From the NCBI GenBank assembly GCA_964609495.1, contig CAZSTA010000014.1, positions 1 to 34,647 of the forward strand: a DNA stretch of 34,647 bases, written 5' to 3'. Numbering within the stretch: the first letter of the stretch is position 1; each line of letters begins with the position of its first letter. A model generated the notes under the pieces. That model was given only the letters and a program-made list of their open reading frames with translations, did not search any database and was not told where the DNA came from. Both the position numbers and the translations under genes were made by a program. Of the stretch, positions 27,272 through 34,647 are shown piece after piece. This stretch comes from an uncultured bacterium (GTDB taxonomy: Bacteria; CAZSTA01).

Positions 27272-30013
27272 CTATGATTTAGAGATATCCTTATTAGGTT
27301 CAAACTTTCCCTCTATTAAATATCCTATGAGATCGTTAAGGATGAAGGTCGCCGCGGGATCATTGCCGAATTTATTAGCCAAGCGGAAAGTGGTGATCAA
27401 CCCTTTCCCTTTACCACAGCGAAATTGGGCTAATAAAGCCGCTGGAGAGAGTATCCATCCTATAAATAATCCTGCTAGAACATCTTCCGTCCGCTCCTCA
27501 TAACCGGTGATAACATAGTTGGGGGTAATCTCGGAGAAGAGAAAATCTAGCGGATTAGTAACTGGTAGGTGCTGGAGTATCTTATCCTGGTGTAACCAGT
27601 TGAAATTGCTAGCCCAATCTCCGGACCAAAGGCTATTTTGGCGACTCTCCACCGAGATCGATATCCCTTCATCCTCTGCTATAGAGTGATCAGCTAAAAA
27701 TAGAACTCTCCCTCCTTGACGACAGAACTCCTCGATCTCCTTATCCCAATGGGAAGTTATAGCACAGGAGACATTCTTATTCAACTGATCAGCCAGAGGA
27801 TATTTAGCTAAGAGTAGCTTATCTGCCAGACCCGGATCGGAGGTGTATAGGGTAGCTCGCGAGGAAGCTCGATTATAGCCATGGGGAAATATGTAAAGAT
27901 CCCAATAGTTACTAACTATTATAACCCCCGAGGCATCTCGAACCATAACTTGCAATCTGGTTCTCGTAGGCTTTTCAACCTCGGGGATCGGAAAAGATAT
28001 CTGACCGATATGACTTAAGGTATAGCGAGGAATCTCGACCTCAATCGCTCCTCCCTTCAACTCGAGATTATTCAGCTTCCATTCCCAAGCAGTCTCCTCA
28101 AAAGAGGATGGAGAGAAGCGAGAGAGCAATACTTCCGCGGTGAATTGCTCTCTCGACCAGAGATTAGTTCTATATCCATCGAGTAGGATAACATCTGGAG
28201 AGTTGACTATAGATATATCCTCGAAGAATTCTTTAGGATTACGGCAGAAATCCAAGAGTCCGTTACATTCCCACTGAAGATCGGTGAATTCGGTTATCAC
28301 ATATCCGCTTATCTCTGGTCTCTTTCTCATCTCCTCGATCTCATACTTCAAGGCGTTAAATTGGGCCCTCTGGGAAGCTTTAGCGAATTCCTCATAGGAG
28401 CCGAATACATCGTCTAAGTGCCACTGGGAGAATCTCTCCTCCACCCCTTGAGGGCGGATATTTCCATAATCCCTATTCATCCACCAGGGATCCCCTCCAT
28501 AAACTTCCCTTAATTTTGCCAGATCGGGTAATCCCCAGTTGCCGAACTCTGAGACCATCAGAGGTTCTTTACCAGTGCGATACGCATCTTGATAAGGGCT
28601 AAAAACCCAAGAGGGAGAATTCGCATAATCCTCGACCCAAGCCGAAAATTTGTGATGATGATCGGGGATGGAATAGTAGATGTGAAAATCGGCGATATCA
28701 GTTTTGATATGAAAATTTCCGCCACACGCGGAATTATCGACGATCAAGCGAGTGGAATCCTTCTCCTTAGCATAATCGTATATCTCCTTGAGCCAACGAC
28801 GATGCTCCTCCTGATGAGGAAGATTCAATCCCCAGCCCTCATTTATCAGACTATAGATGATGAGGCTGGGATGGTTATAATCTCGCTCGATCATCTCAGT
28901 TAAGGTCTTTTTAGCTCTCTCCTTAGCTTTCTCGGAGAGGAGGTTCCAATTGGGTATCTCCTCCCAGGTTAGAAGTCCTATCGAATCAGCCCATTCTAGG
29001 TAACGAGGATCAGGTATCTTAATATGACAGCGAAGCAGGTTTAATCCCATACGCTTAGCCTTTATGAATTGATCGTGCAGATACTCGTCTGAAGGAGGGT
29101 TATACATCGTCCCTGGGTAGAAATCCTGATCTAATGCTCCTATAATATAGATAGGAGTTCCATTAAGATATATTCGTCCCTCCTTAGCTTCTATCTTCCT
29201 AAAACCGAAGTTGGTGGTAATTATATCTATCTCTTTCTCCCCCTCTGTCAGATGGACGGAAGCTTGATAGAGGGCAGGATCATCAAGTTGCCATAGGTTT
29301 AAGGAGTCCACCTTTATAGTAGTCTGATAGCTGTTCTCATCAGCATTTACCGGGATCATCTTCTCCCATATCCTATCCCCTGCGGGGGAGATTACTCTAA
29401 ATAGGAGGGATAAATTACTCGTCTCCTCTGGGATATGAGCTAGTTCTGTTTTAAGTTCAGCTTGCCTCTCATCTACATAGGGAGTAACATGTAACTTAGT
29501 AAAATAGGTTGCGGGAACTATCTCAAGATGGACACTTTGCCAGATTCCGCTTATATTTCCATACCAATTGGGTTCACCATTCTGCTTACCGTGAGGTATC
29601 TCAGTAGCTGGATAATCCGGAAAGCGATTCTTATCATTGTCGGGATCGATAACCTTGACAGTTATAGTATTATATCCCTTCTGAAGAGCTTGCTGGACTT
29701 CAAATTGGAAGGGAGTGTATCCCCCCTCATGTCCACCTACATAGATGTTATTAACCCAAACTTCAGCTATGTAATCGACTGCCCCGAAGTGGAGCAAAAC
29801 TCTTTCCTCTGAGGAGAGATCATATTGAAATTCAATCTCCTTTTGATACCAAGCAGTTCCATAATATTCACGTAGCTCTGGAAATTGAGCTTGCCAACAA
29901 CTAGGAACGGCGATCTTATTCATCTCTTGAGGAAGAGATTCTACGGATAGATCGTCATCTTCATCGGTTATAAACTTCCACCAGCCATCTAAATCGATCT
30001 TCTCTCTAAGCAT
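27272..30013 (-). CDS. Glycoside hydrolase family 2 (beta-galactosidase/beta-glucuronidase-like)
   Basis: LHFGAVDY, HEGGYTPF, SGIWQSV, FGFRKIE, NLLRCH, RDYNHPS..INEGWG (acid/base) and SEFG (nucleophile). Confidence 0.93.
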   Translation of the reverse strand: MLREKIDLDGWWKFITDEDDDLSVESLPQEMNKIAVPSCWQAQFPELREYYGTAWYQKEIEFQYDLSSEERVLLHFGAVDYIAEVWVNNIYVGGHEGGYTPFQFEVQQALQKGYNTITVKVIDPDNDKNRFPDYPATEIPHGKQNGEPNWYGNISGIWQSVHLEIVPATYFTKLHVTPYVDERQAELKTELAHIPEETSNLSLLFRVISPAGDRIWEKMIPVNADENSYQTTIKVDSLNLWQLDDPALYQASVHLTEGEKEIDIITTNFGFRKIEAKEGRIYLNGTPIYIIGALDQDFYPGTMYNPPSDEYLHDQFIKAKRMGLNLLRCHIKIPDPRYLEWADSIGLLTWEEIPNWNLLSEKAKERAKKTLTEMIERDYNHPSLIIYSLINEGWGLNLPHQEEHRRWLKEIYDYAKEKDSTRLIVDNSACGGNFHIKTDIADFHIYYSIPDHHHKFSAWVEDYANSPSWVFSPYQDAYRTGKEPLMVSEFGNWGLPDLAKLREVYGGDPWWMNRDYGNIRPQGVEERFSQWHLDDVFGSYEEFAKASQRAQFNALKYEIEEMRKRPEISGYVITEFTDLQWECNGLLDFCRNPKEFFEDISIVNSPDVILLDGYRTNLWSREQFTAEVLLSRFSPSSFEETAWEWKLNNLELKGGAIEVEIPRYTLSHIGQISFPIPEVEKPTRTRLQVMVRDASGVIIVSNYWDLYIFPHGYNRASSRATLYTSDPGLADKLLLAKYPLADQLNKNVSCAITSHWDKEIEEFCRQGGRVLFLADHSIAEDEGISISVESRQNSLWSGDWASNFNWLHQDKILQHLPVTNPLDFLFSEITPNYVITGYEERTEDVLAGLFIGWILSPAALLAQFRCGKGKGLITTFRLANKFGNDPAATFILNDLIGYLIEGKFEPNKDISKS

Positions 30014-30078
30014 ATAATCACTCCTTCCTTTTAAGATAAGAGATAATATACTCCATATAAAATATTACTTTTATAGTG

Positions 30079-30107
30079 ATTATATCATCTTTTACCCGAT
30101 GTGTCAA
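30079..30107 (-). promoter_or_regulatory. Consensus sigma70 promoter of the GH2 operon
   Basis: Minus strand TTGACA-17 bp-TATAAT with TGn extension. Confidence 0.8.
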
Positions 30108-30195
30108 TGTATTTATCAAATATTATAAAAGGCAACACCTAAATTATATTCATTGTGAAGATTTGCTTATGCTGATTCGAACATAATTCTGATAA

Positions 30196-30367
30196 TTAAG
30201 TAGTTTCAGGAAAGTATCTCGCTAGCTTCAATTATATTCCTCTGGTCGCTCAAAAATAATGGGAAAATATTTTTCGTGGTTGCTAAGTGAGTAATTGGTT
30301 ATTCTTATTATTTCCCCCTTCCTTGACGGGAGGGTGATTCAAAACAAACTTTCTTGAAACTACTTAA
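30196..30367. mobile_element. MITE-like element with 16-bp TIRs and TTAA flanks
   Basis: TTAA-GTAGTTTCAGGAAAGT (30196-30215) ... ACTTTCTTGAAACTAC-TTAA (30348-30367), IR 15/16; contains a shortened REP-like palindrome at 30311-30339. Confidence 0.7.
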
Positions 30368-30415
30368 GAGCTCGATCCCTCATATAAAAACTCCAGAAAT
30401 ATCGCAGAAATCTCC

Positions 30416-30444
30416 TTGACAACTTGCTAAGCATAAGCTATAAT
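30416..30444 (+). promoter_or_regulatory. Consensus sigma70 promoter upstream of tnpB and pfkB-nagA
   Basis: TTGACA-17 bp-TATAAT. Confidence 0.85.
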
Positions 30445-30472
30445 TTAGCTAAGAAAATAAAATATCTTTTAT

Positions 30473-31711
30473 ACTGAATTGGTGTGAAAACCTCTACCCT
30501 TGTGGTAGAGGATGAAACACCTAAAGGATTAGAGATGCTATTAAGTTACAAGTATAGAATATATCCTAATAAGAAACAGAAGAAAAGATTTGAAGAGATT
30601 TTAGAGACTTGTCGTATCCTCTATAACAATGCTCTTGCGGAAAGAAAAGAAGCTTATGAGAGAAATAAAGCTTCTCTTACTTGTTATGAGCAGATAATGA
30701 GATTAACTCAGAAGAGAAAAGGTGATAACTATCTTAAAAGGGTTCATTCCCAGGTATTACAAGATGTGCTTAGGAGACTAGATAAGGCTTTTCAGAATTT
30801 CTTCAGGAGAGTCAAAAATGGAGAGGATCCTGGTTATCCCAAGTTTAAATGTAAAACAGGTAAGAGACAATATAGAAGTTTTACCTATCCCCAGAGTGGT
30901 TATAAGATTAAAGATAACAGACTTCATCTCTCCAAGATAGGCGATATAAAGATAAAACTGCATAGACCAATCGAGGGGGAGGTAAAGACCTTAACTATAA
31001 AGCGGGATAGAGTAGGAGATTGGTTTGCTATCTTCTCAGTTGATATAGGAGAAGCACCTGAGAAAGTCGAGATTAAATCTGAAATAGGGGTGGATGTAGG
31101 ACTCGCCTCTCTATTCACCCTTAGCAATGGTGATAAGATAGATCATAGAGAATATCTAAGGCAAAGCGAGAAGAAACTTGCGAAATATCAAAGGCGACTC
31201 TCCAGAAAGAAGAGGGGAAGTAAAAATAGAGCTAAAGGGAGGATAAAAGTAGCCAAACTTCATAGAAAAATTTCCCGGCAACGGGAGGACTATCTTCATA
31301 AAGAAAGCAAAAAGCTAGTAGATAATTATGATAAGATAGTCTTTGAGAATTTGAATATCAAGGGAATGGTAAAGAATCACCACTTAGCCAAGAGCATAAT
31401 GGATGCCGGATGGGGGAAGCTGATACAATTTACCACATACAAGGCTTCAAGGGCTGGTAAGTGGGTAGAATTGGTAGCTCCTCATAATACATCTCAGATA
31501 TGCTCTAACTGTGGTGAGAAAGTGGAGAAGAGCTTAGCTCAAAGAACTCATAGATGTCCGTTTTGTGGATTTGAAGCAGATAGGGATCATAATGCTGCCC
31601 TTAATATTTTAGATAGAAGCACCTTCGGAACGAGGGATAGGGCCTGTGGAGATTCTCAATAGAGAATCGAGGAAGCAGGAAGCCCCTACCCTTGTGGTAG
31701 GGGTAGTTCAC
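30473..31711 (+). mobile_element. IS200/IS605-family element, tnpB only (IS1341-like)
   Basis: Left hairpin CCTCTACC-CTTGT-GGTAGAGG (30491-30511), right hairpin CCCCTACC-CTTGT-GGTAGGGG (31683-31703) ending in TTCAC; TTTAT immediately before the left end; no tnpA. Confidence 0.85.
30535..31662 (+). CDS. tnpB: RNA-guided endonuclease TnpB
   Basis: YKYRIYP HTH start, RuvC I GVDVG, RuvC II VFENL, Zn finger CSNC/CPFC, RuvC III DRDHNAALNI; ATG 30535. Confidence 0.96.
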   Translation: MLLSYKYRIYPNKKQKKRFEEILETCRILYNNALAERKEAYERNKASLTCYEQIMRLTQKRKGDNYLKRVHSQVLQDVLRRLDKAFQNFFRRVKNGEDPGYPKFKCKTGKRQYRSFTYPQSGYKIKDNRLHLSKIGDIKIKLHRPIEGEVKTLTIKRDRVGDWFAIFSVDIGEAPEKVEIKSEIGVDVGLASLFTLSNGDKIDHREYLRQSEKKLAKYQRRLSRKKRGSKNRAKGRIKVAKLHRKISRQREDYLHKESKKLVDNYDKIVFENLNIKGMVKNHHLAKSIMDAGWGKLIQFTTYKASRAGKWVELVAPHNTSQICSNCGEKVEKSLAQRTHRCPFCGFEADRDHNAALNILDRSTFGTRDRACGDSQ

Positions 31712-31731
31712 TCAAAAGCGACGATATTGTA
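31590..31731 (+). ncRNA. Predicted TnpB omega/reRNA scaffold plus guide (5' end approximate)
   Basis: GCCTGTGGAG..GAAGCAGGAAGCCCC-hairpin-TTCAC pattern overlapping the tnpB 3' end; the guide would be the flank starting at 31712. Confidence 0.6.
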
Positions 31732-31750
31732 TGCCAAGGGAGGGAGAAAG

Positions 31751-32740
31751 GTGAGAGGAACAACTCATAGAACGGGGAAGATAGAAGCTATTTCTCTAGG
31801 AGAAGCTTTGATAGATTTTGTCTCAACTAAGTCGGGGGTAGCTCTTCGAGATGCGCCAGGCTTTAAGAGGGCAGCAGGAGGAGCGCCCGCGAATGTAGCA
31901 GTAGGACTGTCCCGCTTGGGAGTCAAGACTGGTTTTATAGGCAAGGTGGGAGGTGACGAGTTTGGATATTTCTTGGCTCAAACCTTGGAGAGGAATAGAG
32001 TTGACATATCCCAGCTTCATTATGAAACCAAGGCTAAGACCACCTTAGCTTTCGTGTCTCTTAAGGAGGAGGGAGAAAGATCTTTTATGTTCTACCGTGA
32101 TCCTGGGGCTGATATGCTTCTCTCTCCTCAGGAAATAGACGAGAATTATATTCATCAAGCCAATATCTTCCACTATGGCTCGATAACTTTGATATCTGAA
32201 CCTAGTCGCTCGGCAACTCTTCTCGCCGCGAAGAGGTCTTCGGAGGGTGGATTGTTAGTATCGTATGATCCTAATCTACGCGTTAATCTGTGGGATAGTA
32301 TTGAACACGCTAAGGCTGAGATCAAAGATGGTTTAAACTACGCGAATCTGGTGAAGGTCAGCGAGGAGGAATTGGAGTTCATAACGGGAATAAAGGATTT
32401 GAAAGAGGGAAGCGCTCAGTTGCTCGAAGGGGTAACAAAACTGGTGATAGTAACCAGGGGTAAGGAAGGTTGTTTCTACAACAATGGGAAATGCAACGGC
32501 TATGTAAAGGGATTTTCCGTGAAGACAGTCGATACGACCGGGGCTGGAGATGGGTTCGTGGCTGGATTATTGACCGAACTTCTGAGGACAAGCGATCACA
32601 TCTCCGAGCTTAGGGAAGAAGAATTGAGGGATATCTGCCGATATGCCAATGCAGTAGGGGCTTTAACGACTCTTAAAAGGGGTGCTATCCCTAGTCTGCC
32701 TACTAAGAGGAAGGTTGAGAGATGGCTGAAGGAAAGTTAG
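31751..32740 (+). CDS. PfkB-family carbohydrate kinase (fructokinase-like)
   Basis: GEALIDF, GGAPANVA..LSRLG, YDPNLR, VKVSEEEL, VDTTGAGDGF; GTG 31751 after a GGGAGG RBS (the longer ORF runs into the IS end). Confidence 0.93.
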   Translation: MRGTTHRTGKIEAISLGEALIDFVSTKSGVALRDAPGFKRAAGGAPANVAVGLSRLGVKTGFIGKVGGDEFGYFLAQTLERNRVDISQLHYETKAKTTLAFVSLKEEGERSFMFYRDPGADMLLSPQEIDENYIHQANIFHYGSITLISEPSRSATLLAAKRSSEGGLLVSYDPNLRVNLWDSIEHAKAEIKDGLNYANLVKVSEEELEFITGIKDLKEGSAQLLEGVTKLVIVTRGKEGCFYNNGKCNGYVKGFSVKTVDTTGAGDGFVAGLLTELLRTSDHISELREEELRDICRYANAVGALTTLKRGAIPSLPTKRKVERWLKES

Positions 32741-32757
32741 AAAAAGGAGAGAGGTAT

Positions 32758-33948
32758 ATGTCCGATAGCTTGATAATAAGGAATGGACGCATTGTTACTG
32801 ATAAAGAGGTAATAGAAAATGGAATATTAGTTATAGAGGGCGGGAAGATCAAGGCTATCTTCGCTAAAGGAGACAAGCCTATCCCTAAGAGTGCGGATGT
32901 TATCGAGGCAGAGGGGCAGATAGTAGCCCCCGGACTCTTGGATATACATATGCACGGTTTAGCGGGCAATAGAGTTATGGAGGGGAATGCAGATTCAATT
33001 ATAGCCATTGCCGAGAAAGAAGTTGAGTATGGGGTTACCTCTTTTCTTCCTAACGCGGTAACTGCCTCCGCTGAGAGTATAGACGAAGCTATAGAGGCAG
33101 TGTTAGAGGCGAAGAAGAGGGAGAATAAGGGAGCAGAGATACTAGGCATTCGTTTAGAAGGGCCGTATCTGAATAAGATCCGCAAGGGTGCTCAACCGGA
33201 AAACTTCATCCGTCCTGCTGATCGGACAGAATTTGAGGGATGGGTGAAGAAAGCCGAAGGCGAGTTGAAGATGATAGACCTTGCTCCCGAGGTAGAGGGA
33301 AATCTCACTCTTCTCTCTCGAGCTAAAGAACTAGGAATATTCGTCTCAATAGGACATTCTAATGCCTCTTATGAAGAGGTAGTTGAGGCGATAGAAGCAG
33401 GGGCTACCCATATCACCCACCTCTTCAATGGAATGGTCCCCTTCCATCATCGTTCGCCAGGAGTTATCGGAGCCGCTCTAACGCGCTATGAGCTAAAAGC
33501 AGAGCTGATCGCAGATGGAGTGCATGTTCATAAGGCGGCGCTTAAGTTGGCAATAAAGGCTAAAGGTAGCGATGGTATTATACTTATAACAGATGCGATG
33601 GAGGCGACTGGATTTGAAGATGGGGTTTATAATTTAGGAGGACAGAAGGTCATAATTAAAGATGGCGGTGCTCGCCTAGAGGATGGAACTCTGGCGGGAA
33701 GTCTGATGACTATGAATCGAGCGGTCAAAAATGTCGTTGAATGGCTAGGTATCCCTCTGGTCGAGGCTTTCAAGATGGCTTCCTTAAATGCCGCATATAG
33801 TATCGGGATTGCAAAAGATAAGGGGAGTTTAGAGATAGGCAAGGACGCAGATATAGCGATCTTCGACGACGAGTTGGAAGTTCAAGCTACTCTGGTTAGA
33901 GGGGCGATCAAGTGGGTTAATCCTGAGACGATCATTGATATTAATTAG
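32758..33948 (+). CDS. nagA: N-acetylglucosamine-6-phosphate deacetylase
   Basis: PGLLDIHMHG, LEGPY, KGAQ, GHS, THLFNGM, IADGVHV, ITDA, LAGS; ATG 32758 with RBS. Confidence 0.93.
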   Translation: MSDSLIIRNGRIVTDKEVIENGILVIEGGKIKAIFAKGDKPIPKSADVIEAEGQIVAPGLLDIHMHGLAGNRVMEGNADSIIAIAEKEVEYGVTSFLPNAVTASAESIDEAIEAVLEAKKRENKGAEILGIRLEGPYLNKIRKGAQPENFIRPADRTEFEGWVKKAEGELKMIDLAPEVEGNLTLLSRAKELGIFVSIGHSNASYEEVVEAIEAGATHITHLFNGMVPFHHRSPGVIGAALTRYELKAELIADGVHVHKAALKLAIKAKGSDGIILITDAMEATGFEDGVYNLGGQKVIIKDGGARLEDGTLAGSLMTMNRAVKNVVEWLGIPLVEAFKMASLNAAYSIGIAKDKGSLEIGKDADIAIFDDELEVQATLVRGAIKWVNPETIIDIN

Positions 33949-33961
33949 GAGGTAAACATCT

Positions 33962-34492
33962 ATGGATAATTCTCCCGAAACGAGTAGGACCTATTTAATA
34001 GCTAGGATGGCTCTGTTTGTGGCTTTGACTACTGTTGCTACCTTAGTTATCAGGATACCTATCCCGGCAACTAAAGGTTATTTCAACCTGGGAGATTCTT
34101 TAATATTCACCTCAGCCTTGCTCTTTGGAGCAAATATGGGAGCTGTGGCGGGAGGATTAGGATCCGCTTTAGCAGATATTCTGGGGGGATATTCTTATTG
34201 GGCACCCCTTACCTTAGTTATCAAAGGAATCGAGGGCTATGTTGTGGGAAGAATAGCCAGAGGCGGAGGGACTACCAGGGAATTTCGAATAACTTCCCTA
34301 ACGATACTAGGAGTGTTAACAGGGGGAATATGTATGGTTTTAGGGTATTTCATCTCCGAGATCATCCTCTATGGTTTGGGGGCGGCTCTGGCTGAGCTAA
34401 TTCCCAATGTCTTTCAAGCCGTTGGAGGGTTGGCAATTGCTCTTCCCCTCACTATTGCCTTGCGTAAAGCAGGAATTGGAGTTCGCTCTTAA
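33962..34492 (+). CDS. ECF transporter S component
   Basis: IPIPATKGYFNLGD, GGLGSALAD, WAPLTLVIKGIEG; about six TM helices. Confidence 0.88.
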   Translation: MDNSPETSRTYLIARMALFVALTTVATLVIRIPIPATKGYFNLGDSLIFTSALLFGANMGAVAGGLGSALADILGGYSYWAPLTLVIKGIEGYVVGRIARGGGTTREFRITSLTILGVLTGGICMVLGYFISEIILYGLGAALAELIPNVFQAVGGLAIALPLTIALRKAGIGVRS

Positions 34493-34647
34493 ACCTCTCT
34501 TTCAGCTAGACGAAAGATATTTGCTAGAACTAAAGAGGCTTGACTTGCTAAACCAGCTACGAGGTTGAGATCCTCGAGGTCGAATAACTCCGCATCTGTC
34601 CTATCCACAACCTGTAAGACTCCTAGAATAGCTTTTTCGGTTAGAAG
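34489..34647 (-). CDS. C-terminal part of a GAF-domain protein (partial)
   Basis: Minus frame open from the window end: LLTEKAILGVLQVVDRTDAELFDLEDLNLVAGLASQASLVLANIFRLAEREV*, a typical GAF C-terminus. Confidence 0.75.
   Translation of the reverse strand, partial: LLTEKAILGVLQVVDRTDAELFDLEDLNLVAGLASQASLVLANIFRLAEREV

Noticed and set aside
30484-30534. N-terminal extension of TnpB
   Set aside because: It translates the left-end hairpin; ATG 30535 fits the family start.
30535-31662. Nuclease-dead TnpB (TldR) or Cas12 with a CRISPR array
   Set aside because: RuvC D/E/D are intact, IS ends are present, and no repeat-spacer array was seen anywhere in the window.
31646-31750. N-terminal extension of the PfkB kinase
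   Set aside because: It translates the IS right end; the shared TLVV peptide with the TnpB extension reflects the DNA hairpin repeat.

Overview
Bacterial chromosomal window, probably from a draft or metagenomic assembly (10-N gap at 21475-21484), with about 30 genes. From left to right: an FGGY sugar kinase and a CBS-less KpsF/GutQ isomerase; an AT-rich sugar ABC cluster ending in a TIM-barrel isomerase broken by one in-frame TAG; nadA-nadB-nadC-HAD; SPOR and lipoprotein genes; thioredoxin-ccdA-methyltransferase; M50 protease-RseC; three tandem M42 peptidases; a two-gene GAF/DUF5678-like plus retropepsin-like protease cassette; an operon of a GH2 glycosidase and two rifampicin-phosphotransferase-like dikinases; an intact tnpB-only IS200/IS605 element in the leader of a pfkB-nagA-ECF-S operon; and a partial GAF gene. 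Intergenic DNA holds several MITE-like elements sharing a REP-like palindromic core, and a family of structured elements around the ABC cluster. The best candidates for new biology are (1) the GAF-DUF5678/aspartyl protease cassette between MITE-like ends, (2) the GH2 plus full-length and ATP-grasp-less dikinase operon, and (3) the duplicated structured element at 2225-2554. All family calls were made by eye from motifs; no searches or folding programs were run.
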